The notes beneath the pieces are model-generated. The model was not told where the DNA came from. It did not search any database and saw only the letters and a list, made by a program, of their open reading frames with translations. Below, piece by piece: positions 1 to 8,192 of a DNA stretch of 64,000 nucleotides. Both the position numbers and the translations under genes were made by a program. Every line of letters starts with the position of its first letter. The first letter of the stretch is position 1. The DNA lies in IMG/VR virus record IMGVR_UViG_3300037725_000018, positions 159,358 through 223,357 of that record, one strand, 5' to 3'.

Positions 1-1
1 A

Positions 2-172
2 GAGAGGGGAATGATTCCCACGATCCAAGAATCCACGTCTTCGCGGGATCGGCGTTCGAAGATCACGGAAGCCACCAAAGAAATTGAGCCGCTTGTGACT
101 TCGGTTCTTGAAGAGTTTGGCCTTGACGACACGAAGGCAGCAAGCCGCTGGAGCAAGGCAGGGCTTTTCTAA
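2..172 (+). CDS. 3' end of hypothetical protein truncated by window start
   Basis: Frame 2 open from base 2 (ERGMIPTIQES...SKAGLF*) to TAA 170-172, followed by a terminator-like hairpin. Confidence 0.45.
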   Translation, partial: ERGMIPTIQESTSSRDRRSKITEATKEIEPLVTSVLEEFGLDDTKAASRWSKAGLF

Positions 173-190
173 AAGGCGTTCGCTTCAAAC

Positions 191-222
191 AAAGGGAAGG
201 GCAAAGGCCCCTTCCCTTTTTT
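191..222 (+). terminator. Intrinsic terminator-like hairpin
   Basis: AAAGGGAAGGG..CCCTTCCCTTT stem followed by T-run. Confidence 0.7.
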
Positions 223-251
223 TATTTGAAAGCGATATAGGTGGTACTGAC

Positions 252-431
252 ATGATTGTGCTTTACGAGTCTAGAAAAGAGTGGGGGGAAATCCGCGAAT
301 TTTCTGTTGGTCCCAACCCCACGATAGAGCTTCGGGGAGAAACGTGCTCGATTGAAAACTTAGGTGATAACATTACAACCGTCAAATTCAAAAAAATTAA
401 AATCAAGCGGGCCTTAAAAGAAATTTCATAA
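252..431 (+). CDS. Family A small protein
   Basis: 59 aa from internal ATG of track ORF 108..431; starts MIVLYES, basic C-terminal helix IKRALKEIS. Confidence 0.75.
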   Translation: MIVLYESRKEWGEIREFSVGPNPTIELRGETCSIENLGDNITTVKFKKIKIKRALKEIS

Positions 432-438
432 AAAAGTA

Positions 439-466
439 GGAACCGGGCTTTATTCTCCCTGTTAAA
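439..466 (+). promoter_or_regulatory. Class B ECF-like promoter for 515..796
   Basis: GGAAC-N17-GTTAAA, then AAAGAGGGAACCCTTTT 5' hairpin. Confidence 0.65.
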
Positions 467-514
467 GCAAACGGAAAAAGAGGGAACCCTTTTCACCAAC
501 GAACCCTGTTTGCT

Positions 515-796
515 ATGAACGCCACGAAAGAAGAGATCCGCGAAAAGTTTTCTCTTCCGTCTGACAGTCGGGCAAGGAAGCTTCGGGACATGTTTTCGAA
601 GCACGTCACGTATCTGGACAAGAGCCTAAACCGGGCTTGGAAGGGTCCGGTCGAAGCGGTTGTGCCGAAAGAGAAGGCTAAAGACATGCGGGAAGCAATG
701 AGCTTCATCGGTGCTCATGTGGATAAGACCGAAAGCCTTCCGGGTGGCCGCGTTCGGCTTTACAGCCGGGGCTACTACGTTCACGTTGGGGCTTAA
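515..796 (+). CDS. Hypothetical phage protein (class B cassette inserted in family A array)
   Basis: 93 aa ORF with own promoter, 5' hairpin and terminator. Confidence 0.75.
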   Translation: MNATKEEIREKFSLPSDSRARKLRDMFSKHVTYLDKSLNRAWKGPVEAVVPKEKAKDMREAMSFIGAHVDKTESLPGGRVRLYSRGYYVHVGA

Positions 797-829
797 ATGA
801 AGCGACAGCTTCCCATTCAAACCCGCAGG

Positions 830-863
830 AAGGCCCACAGGGGGAAACCTCTTGTGGGCCTTT
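830..863 (+). terminator. Intrinsic terminator-like hairpin
   Basis: AAGGCCCACAGGGGG-AAA-CCTCTTGTGGGCCTT after 515..796. Confidence 0.7.
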
Positions 864-953
864 GCCATACCCTTTTCGGTTCCGAAAACTTCTTAGAAAC
901 AATTGTGTGGACAGGCAATATCTACCAGTAGACAAAGAAAAATAACAAAGAAA

Positions 954-1175
954 ATGATTGCAGTTATAGTCTCGACGCCAAAAGACTACGGAGAAGCTTC
1001 AAAGCTTCGGATCTATCTTTCCGTTAATGACGTTTTTAAAGAAGGAAAAAAAGACTCCAAAGAAATTCAGGTTATTTCAACCCCAAATTTCACCCGAAAG
1101 CAAAACAACCAGATTGAAGAAAAGAGTTGGTTTAAAAATATAAGGTCTAAAAAAGAACAAGTAAAAAACCTTTAA
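954..1175 (+). CDS. Family A small protein
   Basis: 73 aa, MIAVIVS (internal ATG of track ORF 903..1175). Confidence 0.75.
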   Translation: MIAVIVSTPKDYGEASKLRIYLSVNDVFKEGKKDSKEIQVISTPNFTRKQNNQIEEKSWFKNIRSKKEQVKNL

Positions 1176-1179
1176 CGGC

Positions 1180-1332
1180 ATGATCATCATACTTAGCGAA
1201 ACAGAAGAAGAAGATTATAAAGTGGAAGAAGTATTTGAATATGGCCCCGCTTCTATGTCTTGGTATCTTACAGATGATGAAGTTTCGAGAGAAGAGATTA
1301 GACACATAAAAAAAGACCTAAAAACATGGTAG
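1180..1332 (+). CDS. Family A small protein
   Basis: 50 aa, MIIILSETEEE...IRHIKKDLKTW; below track cutoff, read by hand. Confidence 0.7.
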   Translation: MIIILSETEEEDYKVEEVFEYGPASMSWYLTDDEVSREEIRHIKKDLKTW

Positions 1333-1658
1333 TTTTCTTTGAATCAAAAACGGAATTTTCAAATGCGCTTTCGAACTCTACGTCCAAAAACACACTTCTT
1401 GATCTTTCGGTTCGCGTAAACGGTGTTAAGCTTTCGTACGCGGAACACGAAAAGACATACAAAAAACATGTAAGTCCCAAATCTTTAAAGTTAGCGCAGA
1501 AGCAGGGGACGGTATTTGGGCTTTCCGACGAAAAAAAGCGGCTTACTCTGTCCGGTGGAAAGCTTGTATACAATTCGGGTTCATTTGCACTTTCTTCTGC
1601 TTTGTTTTCAACGTTTAAGTCAATATCCGGCTCGCACAAAACTGGCAATATAATATAA
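1326..1658 (+). CDS. Family A small protein (VNG subfamily)
   Basis: 110 aa, MVVFFES...VRVNG. Confidence 0.75.
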   Translation: MVVFFESKTEFSNALSNSTSKNTLLDLSVRVNGVKLSYAEHEKTYKKHVSPKSLKLAQKQGTVFGLSDEKKRLTLSGGKLVYNSGSFALSSALFSTFKSISGSHKTGNII

Positions 1659-1674
1659 CACAAGTTGAAAACCC

Positions 1675-1845
1675 ATGATTATCGTTGTGTCTGAAAATGA
1701 AAGAGATCGAAGAAGTCTTGTTGGCTTTCCTCTTCACAACAAGGGAGGATGCAAGCACGTACTAAACACAAAGCAATCTAAAGCCGCAAACTTGAAAAAG
1801 TCTATCGTGGCTAGAATTGAAATTGTGAACTTGCACGGTTGGTAA
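1675..1845 (+). CDS. Family A small protein
   Basis: 56 aa, MIIVVSENE; read by hand. Confidence 0.7.
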   Translation: MIIVVSENERDRRSLVGFPLHNKGGCKHVLNTKQSKAANLKKSIVARIEIVNLHGW

Positions 1846-1851
1846 AAGAAG

Positions 1852-2031
1852 ATGATTTTCATAATGTACGAAACAAAAAAAGAGCAGAGGCGTTCTTACA
1901 TTAACGCAAATGGAGAAGGTTTTTGTTTTTTTGGTTGGGAGGGAATGAAACTTTTGCCGGAAACAAAACTTAAAAGAATTGTAATCGAAAGGTTCAGAGA
2001 AGCTAGAGTGAAAAATGGTCGTCATTTTTGA
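1852..2031 (+). CDS. Family A small protein
   Basis: 59 aa, MIFIMYETKKE; read by hand. Confidence 0.7.
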   Translation: MIFIMYETKKEQRRSYINANGEGFCFFGWEGMKLLPETKLKRIVIERFREARVKNGRHF

Positions 2032-2260
2032 AACAGAAAAAGAAGTCGTTGACGCAATTTCATATAAAAACGTTCCCGCAAAGTGGGAAGTCAACGGAAA
2101 ACCAGTAGAGGCAAAAGAGGTTATCGTAATGCCAAATAACCTAACAAAAAATCACTTTCCCGCCCACAAACAAATTGTGAAACGAAATCTTCACGAAAAG
2201 CAAGAAGACCTCTCGATTCTAAAAAAAGTTTGGTCGTTTGCAGCGTCAATCTTCAACTAA
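2015..2260 (+). CDS. Family A small protein (VNG subfamily)
   Basis: 81 aa, MVVIFETEKE...WEVNG. Confidence 0.8.
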   Translation: MVVIFETEKEVVDAISYKNVPAKWEVNGKPVEAKEVIVMPNNLTKNHFPAHKQIVKRNLHEKQEDLSILKKVWSFAASIFN

Positions 2261-2262
2261 AA

Positions 2263-2442
2263 ATGCCCATGCCCATAATCGTCGGAAAAAGAAAGGAGCT
2301 TAAAGAGGCTTACGTTATCCCAATGACACAAAGACAGTCCCGGACCTACAAATGGTTTAAGCATTCTGAAGTAAGAAATATGGGAACTAAGATGGTCAAG
2401 GAGTTAATCAGAGAAATATCATCTGAACTTAAAAGAAATTGA
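2263..2442 (+). CDS. Family A small protein (atypical start)
   Basis: 59 aa, MPMPIIVG...MVKELIREISSELKRN. Confidence 0.65.
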   Translation: MPMPIIVGKRKELKEAYVIPMTQRQSRTYKWFKHSEVRNMGTKMVKELIREISSELKRN

Positions 2443-2452
2443 AACCCAAGTT

Positions 2453-2638
2453 ATGTTCATTGTATTTGAAAGCGAAAAAGAGCGAAAAGAAGCTGTAAAC
2501 ACCGACAAATCATCGGTTCGTTCATTTTGGATTGAGGAAGAAATGATTTCAATTAAAAACGTCATGCGGGTTTACAGTTGGGACAACATGCGGCTCGGAA
2601 AGTCTCAGGCACGCAAAAAAGTAGCACATAGGCTTTAA
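2453..2638 (+). CDS. Family A small protein
   Basis: 61 aa, MFIVFESEKE. Confidence 0.8.
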   Translation: MFIVFESEKERKEAVNTDKSSVRSFWIEEEMISIKNVMRVYSWDNMRLGKSQARKKVAHRL

Positions 2639-2645
2639 TAAGGAT

Positions 2646-2831
2646 ATGCAAATTATATTCGAGACGTACCTAAAATTTCAAGCTCACTCCACGCCGGAGC
2701 TTAGTTTTTCCGGCTTCAAGGTCGGGGAAGCAAGAGACGTGCCTTCCCGTTGCATCCATGTTAAAAACACAGACACGATCCGGTCTATAAAAAAGCGGCT
2801 TCGAAAAGGGCTCGCGCAAGGCAAAAATTGA
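2646..2831 (+). CDS. Family A small protein
   Basis: 61 aa, MQIIFET...IRSIKKRLRKGL. Confidence 0.8.
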   Translation: MQIIFETYLKFQAHSTPELSFSGFKVGEARDVPSRCIHVKNTDTIRSIKKRLRKGLAQGKN

Positions 2832-2919
2832 CTTCCATATCGAGACCGGGTAGAGAAACGATTTCAAAAGACCTACCCCCCTTCAAATAACAAGTTCAAT
2901 TGACCCCCCCCCCTTAAGG

Positions 2920-3081
2920 ATGGTTTTGATTGCACATTCGCATAAAGAACTTCAAATTGCAGTTAGAATGTCACACGACCTTCTTCTTGTTCACGATTCG
3001 GTTTTCTTTCCCCGCTCTTCATACTGGATTCGAAACAAAGAAAATATGCATCGGTTCATAAAAAGTGATTTGAAAGTGTAA
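2920..3081 (+). CDS. Family A small protein
   Basis: 53 aa, MVLIAHSHKE...HRFIKSDLKV; read by hand. Confidence 0.65.
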   Translation: MVLIAHSHKELQIAVRMSHDLLLVHDSVFFPRSSYWIRNKENMHRFIKSDLKV

Positions 3082-3098
3082 AGATTAGTAGTAACATC

Positions 3099-3308
3099 AT
3101 GGTTGTTGTATATACAAAGAAAACATTAAGGAAGATAGAATCAAAGGTCGTGGAAAAGTTTTTAGAAGAAGATGAGGACGCTTTTATTATGCCAGTGGAG
3201 CTTCCGGTGTTGAACTACAAGACGCAGCGGAGCATTGTCCAAAACGCGATTCAGTCTACGTCGTGGGAAGAATACACAAACCCTGAAATGCGACCTCAAA
3301 ACATATGA
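3099..3308 (+). CDS. Family A small protein
   Basis: 69 aa, MVVVYTK. Confidence 0.75.
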   Translation: MVVVYTKKTLRKIESKVVEKFLEEDEDAFIMPVELPVLNYKTQRSIVQNAIQSTSWEEYTNPEMRPQNI

Positions 3309-3487
3309 TCATTATCCTTCCAGAAAACGAAAAAGAACACGGGGCAGCTCTTTGGCGTCGGTGGGACAAAAATCCCAAGATACTTGTCCTTCCATACCGA
3401 ATGTCAAGTTTTCAAGGAGAAGGTGGGGCAGCCGTTTTCGGGAGGGTAAGGTTTCACGTAAAAGACAAACTAAGTAAAAAAGCATGA
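3305..3487 (+). CDS. Family A small protein
   Basis: 60 aa, MIIILPENEKE; ATGA overlap with upstream gene. Confidence 0.8.
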   Translation: MIIILPENEKEHGAALWRRWDKNPKILVLPYRMSSFQGEGGAAVFGRVRFHVKDKLSKKA

Positions 3488-3678
3488 TGGTTTTGATCTT
3501 TCAAGATGAAGAGTAAAGAAGTAAGGTTCTTGAGCAGCCCGGAGCAACCTTTTTTTCAAAAGTCAAATGCCACGACAAGAACATTAGAATTAAAGAAACG
3601 TGTGAATTTCTTCAAGGCAGGCTAAGAAACTCTAAAAAGCTGTCTAAACTTTTGAGGCTAAAAATTAAAACGGCTTAA
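3484..3678 (+). pseudogene. Family A member with in-frame stop
   Basis: MMVLIFQDEE*RSKVLEQ...KLLRLKIKTA*; single TAA at 3514-3516, frame otherwise open to 3678. Confidence 0.65.
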
Positions 3679-3686
3679 TAGAAGAA

Positions 3687-3881
3687 ATGCAAATCATCTT
3701 CAACGACATAGACGAAATCAAATCGTGCATCGAAGAGTCAATATATGCCAACTCGAAAACGCGCACCCTTAGAGGAACAAATGTTTCCATAAACGTTTGG
3801 GACATGTGGCACACCGATTATGTGCGAGCTAATGGAGCAGAGGTTATAAAAAAAGTTAGATCCAAATTGAAAGAAGAATGA
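3687..3881 (+). CDS. Family A small protein
   Basis: 64 aa, MQIIFNDIDE...VIKKVRSKLKEE. Confidence 0.8.
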   Translation: MQIIFNDIDEIKSCIEESIYANSKTRTLRGTNVSINVWDMWHTDYVRANGAEVIKKVRSKLKEE

Positions 3882-4093
3882 TTATATACTTCGAACGTGG
3901 CGAAAAACAAAAAAGCCACCTGCGCGGCCTTTTTGGAAGGCAAAAGAAAACAGACCTTTCCTTCCACTTCGGAAAGATTGAAGACACAGACTGCTATTGG
4001 TATAACATTTCCGGAAACACAAAACGAAAAAGACCGGGTGAAGGTCTTAGAAGCAGAGAGCACTTAAAATTCATAACCGAAATTGCAATTTGA
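3878..4093 (+). CDS. Family A small protein
   Basis: 71 aa, MIIYFER; ATGA overlap. Confidence 0.8.
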   Translation: MIIYFERGEKQKSHLRGLFGRQKKTDLSFHFGKIEDTDCYWYNISGNTKRKRPGEGLRSREHLKFITEIAI

Positions 4094-4100
4094 AAACCCC

Positions 4101-4286
4101 ATGCATATACTTTTTGAGGACACACGCGAATTTAAAAAATACGACGGGACGTTTTATTACTTCAACGGTGGGCCGGAAATTTACGCGCATGAAGCAAGTG
4201 TTTTGACATACAGACGCAAAAAACTTACATTAGACAAACAAAAAAGAAAGCGCGTAAAAAAGAGGCTCAAAAAAAACATCGCATAA
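4101..4286 (+). CDS. Family A small protein
   Basis: 61 aa, MHILFEDTRE...RVKKRLKKNIA. Confidence 0.75.
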   Translation: MHILFEDTREFKKYDGTFYYFNGGPEIYAHEASVLTYRRKKLTLDKQKRKRVKKRLKKNIA

Positions 4287-4305
4287 CGGCGGCAGCAGGC
4301 AAAAA

Positions 4306-4491
4306 ATGGTTATTATAGTATCGGAAGAAAACACAAAACAAAAAACGTGGACGTTTTACGATAAAAATTTTTTTTCAGATCACAAGACGTGGTTTATCCC
4401 CACGGAGTCTTATGAAATAGAGCAAGGAGAAAGGTTCCCAAGCGTCCGGAGAAAAGCGAATACATCCCATATCATCAAGTCTCTTTCTTAA
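4306..4491 (+). CDS. Family A small protein
   Basis: 61 aa, MVIIVSEE. Confidence 0.8.
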   Translation: MVIIVSEENTKQKTWTFYDKNFFSDHKTWFIPTESYEIEQGERFPSVRRKANTSHIIKSLS

Positions 4492-4495
4492 ACCA

Positions 4496-4663
4496 GTGAT
4501 TATAGCAATTCCAGAATCCAAATTTGAGTGGCAAGTTTTCTATCAAGACTTACCTTTTAAAGATTTAAAAGTTGTCCCGGAACCCCGAATTTACGATAAC
4601 TACATAGAAATGTCAAGAAAAAGAACGGTTCTTTCGATAATAAAGGAACAAACAACTTCTTGA
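4496..4663 (+). CDS. Family A small protein (GTG start)
   Basis: 55 aa, MIIAIPES; read by hand. Confidence 0.65.
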   Translation: MIIAIPESKFEWQVFYQDLPFKDLKVVPEPRIYDNYIEMSRKRTVLSIIKEQTTS

Positions 4664-4665
4664 AA

Positions 4666-4725
4666 ATGATCATCACGATTCCAGCGGAGAATAATAAAGA
4701 AAGAGAAAAATGGGAATGCTTGTAA
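4666..4725 (+). pseudogene. Truncated family A stub
   Basis: 19 aa MIITIPAENNKEREKWECL*, overlapped by next member. Confidence 0.5.
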
Positions 4726-4892
4726 TCTTTGAAAATTTTGAAGAAATGGACAAAGTTTCAAAACCGAAGGGAAAGTACGAGCTTGTCGGGGAAGCAAAAG
4801 TCCCCGCGTTCAACGTCCACGTCAAAAGAAACTTCAAACGCCCAAGCGTGTTTAGAAGAGAAATGAAAATAGCTGTGTTCTCTAAGTTGTAA
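4716..4892 (+). CDS. Family A small protein
   Basis: 58 aa, MLVIFENFEE. Confidence 0.75.
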   Translation: MLVIFENFEEMDKVSKPKGKYELVGEAKVPAFNVHVKRNFKRPSVFRREMKIAVFSKL

Positions 4893-5431
4893 GAGCAAAA
4901 GCAATAAGACAGCCATCCCGACCACTTTTCCTTGGACATGATACAGACAAAGAGTATTACAACATCCGGTCACACAAACCCGAAAGCGGTTTATTAGTAG
5001 GTGGTTTGCATATAAACGGGGAAAAGCTTTCTAGCCATTGGATATATGTCAGGTGAGTGAATGGAAGAAAGCCCCACACAAGGCAAATAAAACCTCACGT
5101 GAGGTAAAATATGGTTTTTATATTGAGACCGGGGCGAAAACCATTTCATTTTTACCGGGGGTACCGATTATAGCAAGTTATTTTTACCCCCACCCCCCTG
5201 TAGAATGTACACAGCCTTGTAGTAGATGGTAGAATGTACATGTGAATTCAAAAAGCCGTTTCAAAACGAAATGCAAAAGCTTCAATTCAAGACAAAGCAC
5301 ATGTAGTTTTTACCGTTTGCAGTTTTGGCATGGAATTTGCCTTCTGCGTCAAAACAAGACGTGTAGCTTTTACAAGGGAGGTGGGCGTTGGCATACAGTT
5401 TGCTTTAAAAAACCATAAACAGATAATTGGC

Positions 5432-5593
5432 ATGATTGTTGTTATCGAAAGAAGAGAAGACATAAACGGCTCCAGCCTTAAATTTTTTGATTCTGAAATA
5501 AGGCTAAAAGTAGGCAGGGCAGTTGTTCGTAGGTGGTGCCCGTCTGGGTGGCCTTTACGATACAAAAGAGAGTACATCCGAAAGCATATTTGA
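5432..5593 (+). CDS. Family A small protein
   Basis: 53 aa, MIVVIER...REYIRKHI (internal ATG of 5330..5593). Confidence 0.7.
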   Translation: MIVVIERREDINGSSLKFFDSEIRLKVGRAVVRRWCPSGWPLRYKREYIRKHI

Positions 5594-5612
5594 AAACCAG
5601 TTGAAAAAAGAT

Positions 5613-5786
5613 ATGATCGTTATCCTTGTTGAAGAGAAGGCCAATTCTTTTAGCGTCGAAGACTTTGAAAAAGAAGTTGCAGTTATCCCAAGTGCAAAGG
5701 CGTACGTCTCTCTTTCGGTTCTTTCAAATGTTCAAGGGCTAAAGATGCGGAGGCGACATGTGGATAATGCCATTCGAAAGCTTTAA
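5613..5786 (+). CDS. Family A small protein
   Basis: 57 aa, MIVILVEE (internal ATG of 5523..5786). Confidence 0.7.
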   Translation: MIVILVEEKANSFSVEDFEKEVAVIPSAKAYVSLSVLSNVQGLKMRRRHVDNAIRKL

Positions 5787-5859
5787 TAGAAGCCTCTGTC
5801 TTTTCTTCTAAGAAGTTTTTCATGTGTGCCCTTGCGGTGGGATAGGCAAATAAAAAAAA

Positions 5860-5893
5860 CCCCACACAAGGCAAATTGGCGCCTCGCGTGGGG
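5860..5893. terminator. Repeated bidirectional terminator-like hairpin (CCCCACACAAGGC family)
   Basis: CCCCACACAAGGC..GCCTCGCGTGGGG at a convergent junction; same left arm at 5072 and 11510. Confidence 0.65.
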
Positions 5894-5920
5894 AATTGGG
5901 TGCCCGAATGTGGCCGACGT

Positions 5921-6166
5921 TTACAGATTCATCGCCATAGCCGAAGCCAAGTGCTTCAAGAAGTGATGGATATCTCCGTTTTTGAAATCAATCTTTCGAA
6001 TGATCCTTTCAATCCGTTTCCTCTCTTGTCCCCGCGTCTGTTTGATCTGTTCAATCACATTTGAAGCTTGGATGTAGTTGACGGTTCCGTTTTCAGACTC
6101 GACGGTGTAAGTGCGGGTAGTGTCAACGTCTGCTTCCTTGAAGTACGTCGTGATGAAGTCGTTCAT
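5921..6166 (-). CDS. Hypothetical phage protein (class B)
   Basis: 81 aa MNDFITTY...; start chosen downstream of promoter and leader. Confidence 0.75.
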   Translation of the reverse strand: MNDFITTYFKEADVDTTRTYTVESENGTVNYIQASNVIEQIKQTRGQERKRIERIIRKIDFKNGDIHHFLKHLASAMAMNL

Positions 6167-6219
6167 CGGCTTTTTGTTTTGTGAAAGAGTCTCCATTGTC
6201 ACGTCTAACAACACAATTA

Positions 6220-6247
6220 AAAAACGAGCGCCCCCCAAGGATGTTCC
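6220..6247 (-). promoter_or_regulatory. Class B promoter inside terminator hairpin (weak -10)
   Basis: GGAAC-N17-GTTTTT; hairpin nearly identical to the one at 6586-6630. Confidence 0.45.
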
Positions 6248-6270
6248 CAAGGGAGGCGCTCGTCTTGGTT

Positions 6271-6540
6271 TTACCAATCCCAACTGTCCCAATTGTTTTC
6301 GGTTTCAAAAACCACTTCTCCGTCTTCGACTCGCTGAATAATGTTTTTGTTATACAACGTGTACGTTCTCATTCGCCCGTCAGAATACTTCATGACAAGC
6401 GAGTGGTCGGAAGGAAGAGTCTTCGTCTCCCGGCCTTCATTTTTGGAAAAACGAAAGTAATGCTTTGCTTCTTCTTTCCGGTAAAACACATTCAAGTGTT
6501 CATCGGAGAGAACAAAAAACGGGGCTTCGTAATCAAACAT
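6271..6540 (-). CDS. Hypothetical phage protein (class B)
   Basis: 89 aa MFDYEAPF...WDSWDW. Confidence 0.75.
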   Translation of the reverse strand: MFDYEAPFFVLSDEHLNVFYRKEEAKHYFRFSKNEGRETKTLPSDHSLVMKYSDGRMRTYTLYNKNIIQRVEDGEVVFETENNWDSWDW

Positions 6541-6585
6541 GTTTCTGTTTGCTTTTATGAAGTTTCCTCTCTTTAAGCCAGTGCA

Positions 6586-6613
6586 ATAAACAAGCGCCCC
6601 CCAAGGGTGTTCC
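6586..6613 (-). promoter_or_regulatory. Class B ECF-like promoter
   Basis: GGAAC-N17-GTTTAT. Confidence 0.65.
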
Positions 6614-6656
6614 CAAGGAAGACGCTCGTTTTGGTTTTTCAATTGCAACTTCCTTT

Positions 6657-6827
6657 TTACGAAGGAAGTGGAACTTCCGTCACGTTGGGTTCGCCATAGT
6701 TTTCTTCTAGCTCTTCAATCGAATCGTACCCGGCGTCGTCTACGTAATACGCCAAAGCATCTTCTTTGCTTTCGGCGGCGTAGAGGCCCAACATGGTTCC
6801 GTTTGCGGAAATCTCAAATGCTTTCAT
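6657..6827 (-). CDS. Small acidic hypothetical protein (class B)
   Basis: 56 aa MKAFEISANG... Confidence 0.7.
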   Translation of the reverse strand: MKAFEISANGTMLGLYAAESKEDALAYYVDDAGYDSIEELEENYGEPNVTEVPLPS

Positions 6828-6867
6828 GAGCTTCGGTGGTTTTTGTTTTCTTTCCCTGTGCAACCTT

Positions 6868-6895
6868 GTAAACCCACAGCCTACGAGTATGTTTC
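6868..6895 (-). promoter_or_regulatory. Class B ECF-like promoter
   Basis: GAAAC-N17-GTTTAC, with a TTCA box 11 nt upstream. Confidence 0.6.
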
Positions 6896-7153
6896 ACGAA
6901 CGCACGTGAACGTTTCTTCCGGCCACGGGGGACCGGAGATTTCCCGAAGCTGCCTTCCGTCTTCATCAATCTCAAAGACTTCCACATCTTCGAGCTTCGC
7001 CTCTTCCCACGGGAACAGGTTTAGCTCCATGTGGGCTTGATTTCGAGCGTTGTCTACCGCCTTTTGTGGACTTGCACTTGACCGGGCATAGACAAACCCG
7101 TATCGGCCCGAGTCCTTGCCAGTTGCAACTGCCGATGCTTCGTAGGTAGCCAT
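6881..7153 (-). CDS. Hypothetical phage protein (class B)
   Basis: 90 aa acidic ORF with A/C-rich leader. Confidence 0.75.
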   Translation of the reverse strand: MATYEASAVATGKDSGRYGFVYARSSASPQKAVDNARNQAHMELNLFPWEEAKLEDVEVFEIDEDGRQLREISGPPWPEETFTCVRETYS

Positions 7154-7199
7154 TTGTTTCTTTTGTCTTTGTGAACAGGTTCTCTTTTCTAAGCCACTA

Positions 7200-7220
7200 C
7201 AACAACAACAACAACAACAA
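7200..7220. repeat. (CAA)7 microsatellite in promoter region
   Basis: Seven perfect CAA units. Confidence 0.9.
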
Positions 7221-7289
7221 ACAAAAGGGAAGGGGAACTGCTCCCCTTCCCGTGTGAAGATTTGTTTAACTAGTGAAACTTAGCTTCAG

Positions 7290-7484
7290 TTAAGAAGAAG
7301 ACTTAGGGTAGATGATTTCCGAACCAACAGTTCGGGCGTCTTCGTCTTCGTAGCGGTAGAGAACTTCCGCGTCTTCCCCAAGACGCTTTGCGTGGTTTAT
7401 AGCCTCTACCTCCGAAAGATAAAACGCGGTGTCCGGGCCGTAGTTTCCATCGGGGGAAACAAGGTATTCTTCTGAAATCGTCAT
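7290..7484 (-). CDS. Small acidic hypothetical protein
   Basis: 64 aa MTISEEYL... Confidence 0.7.
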   Translation of the reverse strand: MTISEEYLVSPDGNYGPDTAFYLSEVEAINHAKRLGEDAEVLYRYEDEDARTVGSEIIYPKSSS

Positions 7485-7537
7485 ATCGGTTTTTGTTGTT
7501 AACTGTCTGTCTTGAAGCTTTGAGTTTCCTGTTAACC

Positions 7538-7819
7538 TCACACACTTGCCCAATCGGGATCTTCCCCTTCACGGGTAATGTCTTCGGCAGAAAAGCTTCG
7601 GACCCGGTGAGGAAAGAAATACACCTTCATATTTTCCCCATCGATAGAAGCGACGTATCCACCACTTCCTTCGGTGGCCTTGTCAAGTTGACGCCGCACC
7701 TCGTAGGATTGGGGAGTGTCGTCAAACTCGACGGTAATGGTTCCTTCTTCCTCAAGCTGGTGCCAGAACTCTTCAGTTGCCGGGTGCGGGTCTTCAACGT
7801 GAACGTGAATGTTATCCAT
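7538..7819 (-). CDS. Acidic hypothetical protein (class B)
   Basis: 93 aa MDNIHVHVED... Confidence 0.75.
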   Translation of the reverse strand: MDNIHVHVEDPHPATEEFWHQLEEEGTITVEFDDTPQSYEVRRQLDKATEGSGGYVASIDGENMKVYFFPHRVRSFSAEDITREGEDPDWASV

Positions 7820-7870
7820 AGGGTTAAGTGTTTGGGATGTTGCGGATTGTCTGCCGAAAAATGCGTGTGC

Positions 7871-7898
7871 TTAAAAAGGTGTTGGAAGATGAAGTTCC
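7871..7898 (-). promoter_or_regulatory. Class B ECF-like promoter
   Basis: GGAAC-N17-TTTTAA preceded by four TTCAC boxes (7898-7933). Confidence 0.6.
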
Positions 7899-8166
7899 GT
7901 GAAGCTTGTGTGAAGTGTGAATACTCTGTGAAGAGGGAACACTTTGTTGGTTTGAAGGTTTAAGTTAGTGCAGGGGGAGGAATATCTTTTTTTGCGTAAG
8001 TAGATTCTGTGAAGTGGAATGAATATTGCTTCGGTAGCAAATTCCATTCCAACCCTTCCGGCAGGTGTTCATTCAATATTGATTTATGTTTCCTGTAGAG
8101 ACTCAAGTAAACTTATTTTAGCCCCCAACCCTCTTAGACGCCGTTGAACGGGCTTTGGGCTTTTAT

Positions 8167-8192
8167 TTGAATATTGAATATTGAATATTGAA
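8167..8192. repeat. TTGAATA tandem heptamer repeat
   Basis: ttgaata x3 plus ttgaa in a gene-free interval. Confidence 0.85.

Noticed and set aside
5038-5232. Track ORF 5038..5232 and a possible frameshifted member starting MKIAVFS at 4863
   Set aside because: The first spans a decayed terminator and repeats; the second requires an unsupported frameshift.
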